Part shown: in pieces, positions 18,899 through 29,200 of the stretch
How the letters are laid out: each line of letters begins with the position of its first letter
How positions within the stretch are numbered: the stretch's first letter is position 1
Assembly (NCBI GenBank): GCA_031292095.1
Contig: JARLHU010000196.1
Span: 674-64,673 of the forward strand
From: Desulfosporosinus sp.
Lineage (GTDB): Bacteria; Bacillota; Desulfitobacteriia; Desulfitobacteriales; Desulfitobacteriaceae
DNA: 64,000 nucleotides
Reading direction: 5' to 3'
Notes under the pieces: model-generated
Databases searched by the model: none
The model's input: the letters and a program-made list of their open reading frames with translations, nothing else
What the model was told of the DNA's origin: nothing
Program-made: the position numbers and the translations under genes

Positions 18899-20089
18899 AT
18901 GAAAGCACATAAGAAATCGATCTGGGTGGCGTCGGTAGTCACATTACTTCTTGTTGTAACAGGGTGTAGTCCTAATCAGCAGGAAATCTTTACAGCTTCT
19001 ATGAAAATGCAAGCCGCAAAGTCTATGCAGGCACATACAACAATGACCTTCCAATTGAGTTGCTCGGATTTTGATCCTGCTGTCCAAGCACAAATCGATC
19101 AGGCTACCTTGTTTGTAAACAATGCTAAAGTAGATCTCAATGTCAAAACAAATGCCAACGAACAAAAAACTGCTGTTCAATCCCAAATCGACATGAACTT
19201 GGCCCTCCAGGGAATGAACATTTCCGTGCCCGTTTGGGCAGATGCGGATCTCACCGGAAATACGCCAAAAATAACAGAGATTATTAAAGTTCCTCAACTG
19301 GCCAAAACCACTCTTCCCCCGCAGTTTGCGAGTAAGGATTATATGGTTATCAGCCCCACTACTACAAGTACTTCACCTCTTAATAGTATCGACATGAACC
19401 AACTTATGAACTTCAGTAAAACTTTTCAAGAAACCGAAACTAATTTTCTAACAAGTTATTCCCAACGCTTTAATCCTAAGGTAAATGTCATCGATAATGG
19501 AATTCAAAACCTGCAGACGGATGATGGTGTAAAATCGGCGCGAATGTACGAAATCACCCTTAATGATGCCCAATTCAAGGATTTTATTCGTTACACTGTT
19601 AACAATTTTGTGCAGGACCAAGAAGCCATGAATTTTGTCAAGACGTTTATGGATTCAGTGCTTGGATTTAGTCAAGTTCCGGATAAAGCCAAAACCTTAA
19701 GTGATTTCGATCAAGCCTTTAGCGAATTTAATACTAATCGGCCCCAATTTTTAGCTAATTTTAATACCGCAATGGATCAATTAAACGATGTAACAATTCT
19801 AGGGGATAAAGGTCTCGATTTACAATATGCTATTTCGGGCGGCTATGTGGCTCAAAAAAGTGGATCTATCGATCTTAAAGTGAACCTGGCTCAAATTAAT
19901 GCTTTTGTGAATAACCTTAATGGCCAATCCAGTGCACCCGTTGAGGCTAAAGGAAATATTAATCTGACGGTTAAGTTTACAACAGATATTTCCAGTGTCA
20001 ACATCCCTCTTTCGATCCAGCTTCCTACTGTAAATAGTGATAACTCATTTAATACCACGGATCTAATGAGTTTACCTACTAGCAAATAA
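18899..20089 (+). CDS. Lipoprotein of unknown function
   Basis: 396 aa, RBS GAGGAGG, lipobox VTGC. Confidence 0.8.
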   Translation: MKAHKKSIWVASVVTLLLVVTGCSPNQQEIFTASMKMQAAKSMQAHTTMTFQLSCSDFDPAVQAQIDQATLFVNNAKVDLNVKTNANEQKTAVQSQIDMNLALQGMNISVPVWADADLTGNTPKITEIIKVPQLAKTTLPPQFASKDYMVISPTTTSTSPLNSIDMNQLMNFSKTFQETETNFLTSYSQRFNPKVNVIDNGIQNLQTDDGVKSARMYEITLNDAQFKDFIRYTVNNFVQDQEAMNFVKTFMDSVLGFSQVPDKAKTLSDFDQAFSEFNTNRPQFLANFNTAMDQLNDVTILGDKGLDLQYAISGGYVAQKSGSIDLKVNLAQINAFVNNLNGQSSAPVEAKGNINLTVKFTTDISSVNIPLSIQLPTVNSDNSFNTTDLMSLPTSK

Positions 20090-20130
20090 ATATCTGTAAC
20101 TAAGCTCGTGAAGTTCTTAGCAACAATGGC

Positions 20131-20165
20131 AATGCGCTCGTCGAATCGACGAGCGCATTTAATTT
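20131..20165. terminator. Bidirectional terminator
   Basis: AATGCGCTCGTCGA-A-TCGACGAGCGCATT between convergent genes. Confidence 0.75.
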
Positions 20166-20216
20166 TTACTACTTTCAAAGCACCAACTTCTATTCGTGGG
20201 TGTTCCATGTTCTGCT

Positions 20217-20861
20217 TTAGCATAAGCGAGTCCAATACCTCATAATTTCTCGCAACTGCTTGGCGGCCTCTAGAATGTCCTCTTTTGCTAAAATGGCGGA
20301 GACGACTGAAACCCCGTCAATACCTGTAGCCAGAACCTGTTTTAAGTTCATATCATTGATCCCACCGATCGCAACCACGGGTATCGTGACCGATTTCTTA
20401 ATGATTTCTAATTGTTGGAGACTAACCTCTGAGGCATCTGCCTTGGTCGTGGTGCTAAAAACAGCTCCAACTCCCAAATAATCAGCGCCTTGTTGCTGAG
20501 CAAGCAGGGCTTCTGCTAAGGTACTGGCAGAGACCCCAATAATTTTACGCTTTCCTAAAAGCTCTCTCGCTTTGAGCATAGGAAGATCATCTTGTCCGAT
20601 ATGTAAGCCGTCGGCATCGATAGCTAGAGCAATATCTAGACGGTCATTAATAATCAGAGGAATTTGGTAATGAGCTGTTATCTCTTTTACCCTTTGAGCC
20701 AACTCTAAAAATTCTCGGGTAGAAACCGATTTTTCTCGAAGTTGCACTAAGGTAACTCCGCCTTGAATGGCGAGCTCAATACTTTGACCCAAGTCTCTTA
20801 CTCCGAGCATTTTACGATCTGTGACGAGATACAGACTATAGTCCACCTCGACTTCACTCAT
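20217..20861 (-). CDS. thiE: Thiamine phosphate synthase (second copy)
   Basis: LYLVTD, QLREK, IINDRLD, AIGGI. Confidence 0.95.
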   Translation of the reverse strand: MSEVEVDYSLYLVTDRKMLGVRDLGQSIELAIQGGVTLVQLREKSVSTREFLELAQRVKEITAHYQIPLIINDRLDIALAIDADGLHIGQDDLPMLKARELLGKRKIIGVSASTLAEALLAQQQGADYLGVGAVFSTTTKADASEVSLQQLEIIKKSVTIPVVAIGGINDMNLKQVLATGIDGVSVVSAILAKEDILEAAKQLREIMRYWTRLC

Positions 20862-21666
20862 AGCTGATTTGGCCTTCTTTTGCCAAAATCTCGGGGGTCA
20901 GATTGTAGATACTATCCAACAACCGCACTCTAAACGTACCTATCCCTTCACCATGGCGCAGAGAAGCCTGAGCGATCTCTCCCGCTAGGCCCATACTGAT
21001 AATTCCAGCCACGGCTGCCGTAAAGTAGTCGTTCGTAACGCCGCAATAAGTACCCACAAGGGAGGTCGTCATACACCCTGTACCCGTAACATCTGCCAAA
21101 ATTCGATGTCCATTATCCAGCAAACAAACTTGAAGACCATCAGAAACAACATCCGTTTTTCCTGTAATGGCAATCACACAATTTAATTCGGTGGCCAGTT
21201 TTTTGGCGATCAGCGAACTACCTTGTTCATCGGCAAGTGAATCGACACCTTTAATTGCTACGTCTAGACCAGCTAACACTTTGATTTCAGACATATTCCC
21301 CCGGATTACCTCGGGTTTTAGTTCTCTGATCAGTTTTTCTGCGGTATTGGTTCGCAGCTTTGTTGCTCCGACCCCTACCGGATCTAAGATCACTGGAACG
21401 CCCAATTCCTTCGCCCGTCGTCCGGCAACCAACATACTTGCAATCGTTCTGGAATTAAGAGTGCCAATATTAAGGACTAAGGCAGAGGCATACCCAACCA
21501 TTTCGGCAACTTCGTCCAAATCGTCCGCCATGACGGGTGAACCTCCGAGGGCCAGGACGATATTAGCGCAATCATTGACGGTAACATAGTTAGTAATATG
21601 GTGAATTAATGGGCTTTTTTCTTTGACCTCGCTTAAGTTTGCAAAAATTTTCTTACGTATTTCCAT
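20854..21666 (-). CDS. thiM: Hydroxyethylthiazole kinase
   Basis: ITNYVT, LDPVGVG, RGNMSEI, TGTGC. Confidence 0.96.
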   Translation of the reverse strand: MEIRKKIFANLSEVKEKSPLIHHITNYVTVNDCANIVLALGGSPVMADDLDEVAEMVGYASALVLNIGTLNSRTIASMLVAGRRAKELGVPVILDPVGVGATKLRTNTAEKLIRELKPEVIRGNMSEIKVLAGLDVAIKGVDSLADEQGSSLIAKKLATELNCVIAITGKTDVVSDGLQVCLLDNGHRILADVTGTGCMTTSLVGTYCGVTNDYFTAAVAGIISMGLAGEIAQASLRHGEGIGTFRVRLLDSIYNLTPEILAKEGQISYE

Positions 21667-22862
21667 TTAACAGTCACCTTCCAAGTTATTAAATGTATTA
21701 TGCTGATCAGCAGCATAACCGGAATAGTATAGCCGATAACTAAATTTAACTTAATAAACTGATAATATAATATCGTACCTATCGCACATAGGGCAAGCGT
21801 TCCCCAGTTTACCAGGAGCTCTGACTGGATCTTTTTATTTTTCAATATGAAATAATCCGTCAACAGGATGGCAAACAAAGGCGCAAAAACAGAGCCAATC
21901 GCATATAGAAAGTCTTGATATTGTTCAATATTCACGATGATTGCCAGCCCAGTTCCGATCGCGGTCATCGCTAAGGCAACCGTTTTCTCATTCAATTTAG
22001 GAAAGATATTCAAAAAAGTGACCCCAGCTGAATAGGCGTCCAAAAAGGTGGTGGTTACCGTCGCCAAGACAATTATTCCTAAAGCTACTATACCAAGATT
22101 TGCCGCCAGTAACATAGCCCCTGGGTCAGGATCAGCGGAAATGATGGCTGCGCCCAAACCGATAATATACATCCAGCTGCTGCCGAAAAAATAACCCAGC
22201 CAACTCCCGCCTGCACCGCCCCGCTTTGTCTTGGCAAAGCGTGTATAGTCGGAGATCAAGGGTAACCAGGATAAAGGCATGACCACGGCAAATTCTAAGG
22301 CTGAGCCAAACGCCATCTCACCGACGACTGGTTTAGTGAACAACTCAGGGTTGCGGAAAATGATCACGCTTAAGACAATTGTCAACAGAAACAATAAAAT
22401 AACGGCAATGTGATTGACCTTTTTCCAACCGCTATCTTTTCCTAACCAAATCCAAACCAGAATAAAGCCTCCAATGATCAGGCTCCAGACGGTCAGATGA
22501 TCGAACGACCATAAAATTTTAGTAATCTGGTTAACCGAACGGGCCCCAACAATAATCATCACGGCGGTCCAACCTAACAATTGTAAAACATTTAGAACAG
22601 AAAATACGTAAGAACCGTACTGACCAAAGGAAATTCTAGTGGACACCAGGGCTGGGATTCTCTCTGATGTACCGATGATTCCACCCAAAACCAAAATGGT
22701 TGTTCCCACTAAGTGTCCCAGCAGGATCGCCACAAGCCCCATCTTAAAGCCCAGAGGGGCCAGCAGTCCACCCGTTAAAATTTCTGCCACCGAAATTGCT
22801 GCGCCAAACCAAAGGGTTGTAAAGTTAAACATGCTCAAGTTATTCTTTGCAGATATGCTCAC
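21633..22862 (-). CDS. cytX: Putative hydroxymethylpyrimidine transporter (NCS1)
   Basis: LWFGAAISVAEI, PLSWLPLISDYTR; polytopic; thiamine salvage context. Confidence 0.85.
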   Translation of the reverse strand: MSISAKNNLSMFNFTTLWFGAAISVAEILTGGLLAPLGFKMGLVAILLGHLVGTTILVLGGIIGTSERIPALVSTRISFGQYGSYVFSVLNVLQLLGWTAVMIIVGARSVNQITKILWSFDHLTVWSLIIGGFILVWIWLGKDSGWKKVNHIAVILLFLLTIVLSVIIFRNPELFTKPVVGEMAFGSALEFAVVMPLSWLPLISDYTRFAKTKRGGAGGSWLGYFFGSSWMYIIGLGAAIISADPDPGAMLLAANLGIVALGIIVLATVTTTFLDAYSAGVTFLNIFPKLNEKTVALAMTAIGTGLAIIVNIEQYQDFLYAIGSVFAPLFAILLTDYFILKNKKIQSELLVNWGTLALCAIGTILYYQFIKLNLVIGYTIPVMLLISIIHLITWKVTVKWKYVRKFLQT

Positions 22863-23662
22863 TCGATTAATCCCGCCTTTTTGTATAGAGAATAAAAGTG
22901 ATGGGTTGGTCCTACGCCTTTGCCGATTGATAAAGAATGCTGAATGGCAATCGTAATGTACTCTTTGGCCATCGAGACGGCCTCGTTTAAACGATTTCCC
23001 GAGGCTAGATTTGCGGTGATAGCGGATGAAAGTGTACAGCCCGTTCCATGGGTGTTTTTAGTAGCAATCCGAGTTGAAAAAAAACGACTGAATTCCCGTC
23101 CATCATAGAGAAGGTCGATAGCATCACCCTCCAGGTGTCCCCCCTTTAGCAGTACGTTTTTGGCCCCCATTTGGTAAATTGCTTTGGAGGCTTCTTCCAT
23201 TTGTTCCAGCGTGCGAATGGATGTTTTGGTCATAACCTCAGCCTCCGGTATATTGGGGGTAACGAGCATAGCCAAGGGCAACAATTCCTTAATCAGGGTT
23301 ACTTCCGCCTCCGGATTTAATAAGTGGTAGCCGCTTTTGGATACCATGACTGGGTCCACAACGATCGTTGGGGGGCAAAAACGTCTCAACTGCTCCGCAA
23401 TCACTTCGATAGTTTGGATTTGGGAAACCATACCTACTTTCACTCCGTCAACCTCGATGTCGTCAAAGATCGCCTCAATTTGTTGGGCAATGACGTCTCT
23501 AGAAATATCCTGAACAGCAAAAACTCCTTGGGTATTTTGAGCGGTGACTGCGGTGATTACGCTCATTCCATAGACCCCATGCGCAGAAAACGTTTTTAGA
23601 TCGGCTTGGATTCCAGCTCCCCCGCTACAATCTGAACCAGCTATGGTAAGTACCTTTTTCAT
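22859..23662 (-). CDS. thiD: HMP/HMP-P kinase
   Basis: [26 protein letters not shown]. Confidence 0.97.
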   Translation of the reverse strand: MKKVLTIAGSDCSGGAGIQADLKTFSAHGVYGMSVITAVTAQNTQGVFAVQDISRDVIAQQIEAIFDDIEVDGVKVGMVSQIQTIEVIAEQLRRFCPPTIVVDPVMVSKSGYHLLNPEAEVTLIKELLPLAMLVTPNIPEAEVMTKTSIRTLEQMEEASKAIYQMGAKNVLLKGGHLEGDAIDLLYDGREFSRFFSTRIATKNTHGTGCTLSSAITANLASGNRLNEAVSMAKEYITIAIQHSLSIGKGVGPTHHFYSLYKKAGLIE

Positions 23663-23687
23663 GACGTCCCCCTCAATCTCTTATAAC

Positions 23688-23750
23688 TTTTCAGAAAATG
23701 AAAGAGCACAAAGCCCAGAATAGGGTTTGTGCTCTTTCATTTTCTGAAAA
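23688..23750 (-). terminator. Riboswitch expression platform with 25-bp perfect inverted repeat
   Basis: 23688-23712 complementary to 23726-23750; inner stem followed by a U-rich tract on minus strand. Confidence 0.8.
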
Positions 23751-23757
23751 AGAGTAA

Positions 23758-23876
23758 ACTGCTTACCTACGCTGGCATTATCCAGATCAGGTTAAGGCAC
23801 ATTCAAAATATGCCTAAAAGGGTCTTAGACCTTATAGGGTCTAAATCTCAGCCAGCCTTTCTAGCTCCCCCGCCCA
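23758..23876 (-). ncRNA. TPP riboswitch with an inserted hairpin
   Basis: GGGGAGC...GCTGAGA...GACCCTT[insert]AACCTGATCTGGATAATGCCAGCGTAGG. Confidence 0.93.
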
Positions 23877-23896
23877 TTACGCTATGTATTTTGTTA

Positions 23897-23925
23897 AATC
23901 TAACATGGATAATTGTATAAGTCAA
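23897..23925 (-). promoter_or_regulatory. Sigma-A promoter of the thiD operon
   Basis: TTGACT-17-TAGATT with TG extension. Confidence 0.6.
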
Positions 23926-24003
23926 TGCAAGGACGAAAATGTCTCCCCAGTATGATAAAGTGTTAATATAGAAGTATATTGGATATTTAGGAGGGCATTT
24001 AGT

Positions 24004-25332
24004 ATGACAGAACCGTTACTGATCGGATTAATTATCCTAGTCGTTATCGCCATCATTTTACTCATTACCTTATTAACACGCTCGTCACGCACACCCTTCG
24101 TCCAGTTCGAGAGCAAATTTGCTTCTTTAGAGAAAACGCTTGAACGCAACGAACGACTTGTCAATGGAGAAATTGCCAAGAACCGCGAAGAAACCTCTAC
24201 GAACTCCAGGCAAGCCCGAGAAGAGCTTAACCAGTCCGTCCATTCCTTCAACGAATCAGTCCTAATGCGTATGGCAGAAATCGCCAGCCTCCAACGCAAC
24301 CAGTTGGATATTTTCGCCACCCAGTTAGGCTCTTTAACCAAAACAAACGATCAGAAATTAGAACAACTACGCAAAACGGTGGAAGAACGACTTCTCCTTC
24401 TCCAGCAAGATAATAGCCAGAAATTAGAGCAGATGCGGGCGACCGTGGACGAAAAACTTAAGGCAACCCTTGAACATCGCTTAGGAGAGTCCTTTAAATT
24501 AGTCAGTGAGCGTTTGGAAGCTGTGCACAAAGGGCTTGGAGAAATGCAAACCTTGGCTTCCGGCGTCGGCGACTTAAAAAAAGTCCTCACCAATGTAAAA
24601 ACTCGAGGAATTTGGGGAGAAATTCAACTGGGGAATTTATTGGAGCAAATCTTAACTATCGAACAATATGCTACAAATGTTGTAACTAAAGTCGGAAGCA
24701 ACGACAGGGTCGAATTTGCGATCAAACTTCCCGCTCGGGATGGTCAGGACAGTATTATTTGGCTCCCAATCGATGCCAAATTCCCAATCGAAGATTATGA
24801 ACGTTTAATCGAAGCCCAAGAGCAAGCCAACCTCCCCCGCATTGAAGAACTTGGTAAATCCTTGGAAAATCGCATCAAACTAGAGGGGAAAACCATTCGC
24901 GATAAATACCTTGATGCTCCCAACACCACAGATTTTGGTATTCTTTTCTTACCGGTTGAAGGCTTATATGCCGAGGTGTTACGCCGTCCCGGCCTGTGTG
25001 AACTCCTCCAACGAGAATACAAAGTCATTATTTCAGGACCCACTACACTTGCCGCCCTCCTCAATAGCTTACAAATGGGTTTTAGAACCCTGGCCATTGA
25101 AAAGCGCTCTAGTGAAGTATGGCACTTACTTAGCGCGGTGAAAACTGAATTCGGTAAATTTGTGGAGATCCTCGAAAAAACTCAGAAGAAACTTCAAGAA
25201 GCGAGCAACACGATCGAAACTGCGACCCGAAAATCCCGCACCATTGCCCGAAAACTTAAAGATGTCCAGACTCTCCCAGCCCACGAAGCAGAATCACTCT
25301 TGGGACAAGGAACGGAAAGCGACGACTCCTAA
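24004..25332 (+). CDS. rmuC: DNA recombination protein RmuC
   Basis: N-terminal TM, coiled coil, RGIWGEIQL, PIDAKFP, FLPVEGLYAE. Confidence 0.93.
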   Translation: MTEPLLIGLIILVVIAIILLITLLTRSSRTPFVQFESKFASLEKTLERNERLVNGEIAKNREETSTNSRQAREELNQSVHSFNESVLMRMAEIASLQRNQLDIFATQLGSLTKTNDQKLEQLRKTVEERLLLLQQDNSQKLEQMRATVDEKLKATLEHRLGESFKLVSERLEAVHKGLGEMQTLASGVGDLKKVLTNVKTRGIWGEIQLGNLLEQILTIEQYATNVVTKVGSNDRVEFAIKLPARDGQDSIIWLPIDAKFPIEDYERLIEAQEQANLPRIEELGKSLENRIKLEGKTIRDKYLDAPNTTDFGILFLPVEGLYAEVLRRPGLCELLQREYKVIISGPTTLAALLNSLQMGFRTLAIEKRSSEVWHLLSAVKTEFGKFVEILEKTQKKLQEASNTIETATRKSRTIARKLKDVQTLPAHEAESLLGQGTESDDS

Positions 25333-25411
25333 GCAACTATTGTTCGATTCAGGTAACATACTATTTATATCTTAAAGCAAGGATATCATGGAATAACTAA
25401 GTAGATTTAAG

Positions 25412-27139
25412 CTAGTCAAATACGGTCGCTGTCTCCCACATTTGATGATAAAGCCCTTTTTGTTGGAGGAGCTCTGTATGCTTACCCCGTTCCACGATCT
25501 GACCTCGGTCCAGAACTAGAATCTCATCCATCCTCTCTAGTCCTGTAAGGCGATGAGTTATCACTAAGGTAGTACGACCTTCCATCAGTAGATAAACTTC
25601 ATCCATAACCTCTCGCTCCGTTAAAGGATCAAGCCCTGCCATGGCTTCATCAAGGATTAAGATCGGGGCGTTTTTTAAAAAGACTCGGGCAAGGGCCAAA
25701 CGCTGTCTCTGTCCCCCCGAAAGCTTGAATCCCCCCTCTCCAACGTAGCTGTCATACCCTTGGGGCAAAGACAGGATAAAATCATGGAGCTTAGCCTGCT
25801 GGGAGACCTGAATTAGTTCTTCGTCCGTTGCAAGAGGTTTTGCCAAGAGGAGGTTTTCCCGGATCGTCGCGTTAAAAAGATGCGTACGCTGAGTCACCAC
25901 TCCAATATAGCTCCGAGCATCTTCCTGGGTATAGTCTCGTAACGAATGCCCACCTAGCTCAATCCGTCCTTCATCATATTCCCAAAAGCGCAACAGAAGG
26001 TTCACCACACTAGTTTTACCCGCGCCACTCGGACCGACAATTGCCACCTTGCCTTGTTGAGGAATCCGAAACGACAGCTGCTTAAGAGCCCAAGGTTCGC
26101 TTTGATCATACCTAAAGCACACTGCTTGGAAGGCAAGATCCAGCCCCTCCGGTTTGAAAGACAAGGTATCTGTGTCTTTTACGACGGGTTCAGCCTCTAT
26201 CAACTCCAGCAAGCGATCCGCAGCCGCTTGGTTTTGTTCCAGATGATGAGGTACAAGGGCTAAAGGAAACAACGCTTCAAAACTGCTGAAAGTCCCCAAC
26301 GCCAACATCCCTAAGTTTACTCCGCTCAATTTCCCTTGTTCCACAAGTAAGATCCCCAGCACGAGGACGAGCCACATTCCCAGGTTGGCAATCATCCCCG
26401 TTAGGGCAGAGGAAAGCGCGGAAAGCCGAGCGATTCGGCGCTGCTGATCCCTCAAGGTTTTGTCCGTGTGCCGAATTTTAGCCAAGTGCGCTCGAGCTTG
26501 GCCATAGACCAGCAATTCCGTGATACCTAAAAGGCTATCTGCAACCTGAGTATTCAACTCTGCTTTTAAGGCGACCATCTGACGCCCCACCCCTTGACTC
26601 AAACCTTTTATTCCCCACGGAATCCCAAGCCCTGCTACTAGAAAACAGGCAGCCAGAATAAAGGAAAATCGCACATCAAAACGAGCCAAGAACAATCCAT
26701 AGCCAAACAGAACCAGTAACGCGACCAACGGTGGCGCAAAGACTCGCAAAAATAAGTTCTGTTGAATTTCAACATCCGCCACGATACGGCTCAACATATC
26801 CCCACTACGGAAGTTTTGCAGTCGAGCCGGGGCCAAAGGTTCTAAGCCTTGGTAAAACTTGACTCGGATTTGGCTTAAAACTCGAAATGTCACGTCATGC
26901 GACACATAGCGTTCTAAATACCGCGAGACTGCGCGAGCGAGTCCAAAAAAACGAACTCCGACAATAATTTGCATTAAATCGAGTACCGGGGGTTGAAGGG
27001 CAGCGCGCGCCAATAGATAGGCAGACGTCGCCATTAAGCCGATGTGACTGGTGACCGTAAGAGTACTTAAAATCAAGGCCAGCACGATTTGCCGCCCATA
27101 GGGTAACATCAGGCGGGTTAACCAGGTCATGCTCTTCAT
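25412..27139 (-). CDS. cydC: ABC exporter subunit CydC
   Basis: RYLERYVSHD, GPSGAGKT, LSGGQRQR; cyd context. Confidence 0.92.
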   Translation of the reverse strand: MKSMTWLTRLMLPYGRQIVLALILSTLTVTSHIGLMATSAYLLARAALQPPVLDLMQIIVGVRFFGLARAVSRYLERYVSHDVTFRVLSQIRVKFYQGLEPLAPARLQNFRSGDMLSRIVADVEIQQNLFLRVFAPPLVALLVLFGYGLFLARFDVRFSFILAACFLVAGLGIPWGIKGLSQGVGRQMVALKAELNTQVADSLLGITELLVYGQARAHLAKIRHTDKTLRDQQRRIARLSALSSALTGMIANLGMWLVLVLGILLVEQGKLSGVNLGMLALGTFSSFEALFPLALVPHHLEQNQAAADRLLELIEAEPVVKDTDTLSFKPEGLDLAFQAVCFRYDQSEPWALKQLSFRIPQQGKVAIVGPSGAGKTSVVNLLLRFWEYDEGRIELGGHSLRDYTQEDARSYIGVVTQRTHLFNATIRENLLLAKPLATDEELIQVSQQAKLHDFILSLPQGYDSYVGEGGFKLSGGQRQRLALARVFLKNAPILILDEAMAGLDPLTEREVMDEVYLLMEGRTTLVITHRLTGLERMDEILVLDRGQIVERGKHTELLQQKGLYHQMWETATVFD

Positions 27140-28878
27140 AGAGAGTCACCTCGATATTCTGTCACCATTCGGTAATAGAGCCCCTGCTCTTTCATTAATT
27201 CCTCGTGCTTACCCTGTTCGACGATCTGCCCTTGCTCCATCACCAGGATGCGATCCGCTTGCCGAACCGTACTCAGGCGATGGGCAATGATCAGGGCAGT
27301 CTTACCCTGAATTAGTCGTTGCAGGGCCAACTGTACAACGCGCTCACTCTCAGTATCCAAATTGGAAGTGGCCTCATCCAAGATGAGCACTGGGGCATCT
27401 TTCAAGATTGCCCTGGCAATAGCAATTCTTTGGGCCTGTCCGCCACTTAAACGAGTACCGTCTTCGCCAAGAAGCGTTTGGTAACCGTCTGAGAGTTTTA
27501 AAATAAATTCATGGGCTGAGGCCTCTTGGGCAGCGCGTTTGACCTCTGCACTGGTTGCGGAGGGCCGACCGAAGTGAATATTTTCCTCTATACTCCCTGC
27601 AAAAAGATGCGGAGTCTGAGAAACGTAAGCAATCTGTTGCCGCCAATTTTTTGGTGAAATTGTCTTAAGCAAACCATCATTGACGAATATCTCCCCCGCA
27701 GTAGGCTCTATAAAGCGAAGCAGTAGCTGAGCAATCGAAGTTTTACCTGCTCCACTCGGGCCGACGAGAGCAACCTTCTCTCCAGATTTCAGGGACAAGT
27801 TGACTCCGTTTAAAGCCAGGTTTTCCCCTAGTTGATAACTTAAACAGACGTGTTGAAAGGATATATTAAAGTCAGAGGCTAACACTTGATCGTCTTCCAC
27901 AGCTTCCCCGACGTCCAGATCACTCGTCAAGGGAAGATCCAGGATCTCAAAGATTCGCCCCGCCGCATTTACCCCGGACAAACCAGCGTGAAAATTTAAG
28001 CCTAGCGTTCTCAGAGGAGTATAAAATTCGGGAGCAAGCAACAAAAGAAACAACCCGACAGAGAACGTGAGGGTACCATAGACTAGCCTTAAGCCGATGG
28101 TTACTGCGACTAAAGCTGTACTCATCGTGGCTAAAAACTCTAGAACGAGTGCGGATAAAAAAGCGATCCTCAACACACTTAGCGTAGCTTTACGAAAAGA
28201 ATCGCTAATTCTCTCAATCACCCGGGTTTGATCTTTGGCTCGACCAAACACTTTAAGCGTTGTCATCCCTTGCAAAACATCGAGAAAATGGGCGCTCATC
28301 CAACTCAGACTTTGGAACAGGTGCAGGGATTTCTTCTCCGCTAACTTTCCAATTAAAATCATAAAAAACGGTATAAGCGGCCCCGTCAGGAGTAGAATGA
28401 GGCCGGATTTCCAATCTAAGGGAAAAACAAATCCCAAAATAAGGAGGGGAATTCCTACAGCGAGCACCAATTGGGGCAGGTACTTAGAAAAGTATTCCTC
28501 TAGAGCTTCAATCCCATCCACTACCGTTGTGATTAACTCTCCGGTCCGCTCTCCCCGAGCATACACCGGCCCTAAACAGACAATATGGCTCATTAAACGT
28601 TGACGCAGGCTTGACTTTATGCGGGAAGCCGCTGCATGAGCGCTCAGTTCACTGACCCATTGCAACCCTGCCCGCAGCACAATAATCCCGAGTATTAGGA
28701 CCAAGGAATTCCATACTGTATTCAGCGTAGCCCCTTCTAGGAAGACCCCAGCAACGACACGGGAGAAAAACCAAGCTTGGGCCACAGCAAGTAAAGCGAT
28801 CCCCATGCCCATCCCAACCGTGAGCAACAGAAACCCCCAGACAGGCCTCCCCTCTTGAACTAACCCCTTATCAAACAT
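27136..28878 (-). CDS. cydD: ABC exporter subunit CydD
   Basis: YLPQ, FLSALVLEF, LAPEFYTPLR, LSGGQAQR. Confidence 0.92.
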   Translation of the reverse strand: MFDKGLVQEGRPVWGFLLLTVGMGMGIALLAVAQAWFFSRVVAGVFLEGATLNTVWNSLVLILGIIVLRAGLQWVSELSAHAAASRIKSSLRQRLMSHIVCLGPVYARGERTGELITTVVDGIEALEEYFSKYLPQLVLAVGIPLLILGFVFPLDWKSGLILLLTGPLIPFFMILIGKLAEKKSLHLFQSLSWMSAHFLDVLQGMTTLKVFGRAKDQTRVIERISDSFRKATLSVLRIAFLSALVLEFLATMSTALVAVTIGLRLVYGTLTFSVGLFLLLLAPEFYTPLRTLGLNFHAGLSGVNAAGRIFEILDLPLTSDLDVGEAVEDDQVLASDFNISFQHVCLSYQLGENLALNGVNLSLKSGEKVALVGPSGAGKTSIAQLLLRFIEPTAGEIFVNDGLLKTISPKNWRQQIAYVSQTPHLFAGSIEENIHFGRPSATSAEVKRAAQEASAHEFILKLSDGYQTLLGEDGTRLSGGQAQRIAIARAILKDAPVLILDEATSNLDTESERVVQLALQRLIQGKTALIIAHRLSTVRQADRILVMEQGQIVEQGKHEELMKEQGLYYRMVTEYRGDSL

Positions 28879-28944
28879 TTATTGTCATCTCCCGTTCGTC
28901 AATTGCCTTTGCTTCAGAGTATCTTAAAAGCATTTAAGATGCAA

Positions 28945-28986
28945 AAATGAAGGGGCAAGATTTTTCTTGCTCCTTCATTTCTTTCC
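28945..28986 (-). terminator. Hairpin between cydB and cydD
   Basis: AAATGAAGGGGCAAGA / TCTTGCTCCTTCATTT. Confidence 0.65.
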
Positions 28987-28989
28987 ATA

Positions 28990-29195
28990 GAGGTCGTACT
29001 AAATCCTCCGTCGACCCAAGCCAGAGGAAGTTTCTTAGCTGAGAGAAGCACTTTAGCGGAATTGCGTCAATGAGCGCAGACGATAAGGCGTTAAGAAAAG
29101 CAACGGTTCACATGCAGAAAGCCCAGAGGTTTTGCTTTTTAGCCTTAGCGTCAAGCGAATAGCAATGCAGCGTGTGCGAACGGGCTAAGACACTG
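28990..29195. repeat. Structured intergenic element, MITE-like
   Basis: Nested complementary arms TCTTAGC/GCTAAGA, GACGATAAGGC/GCCTTAGCGTC, AAGCAA/TTGCTT. Confidence 0.5.
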
Positions 29196-29200
29196 ACTCC

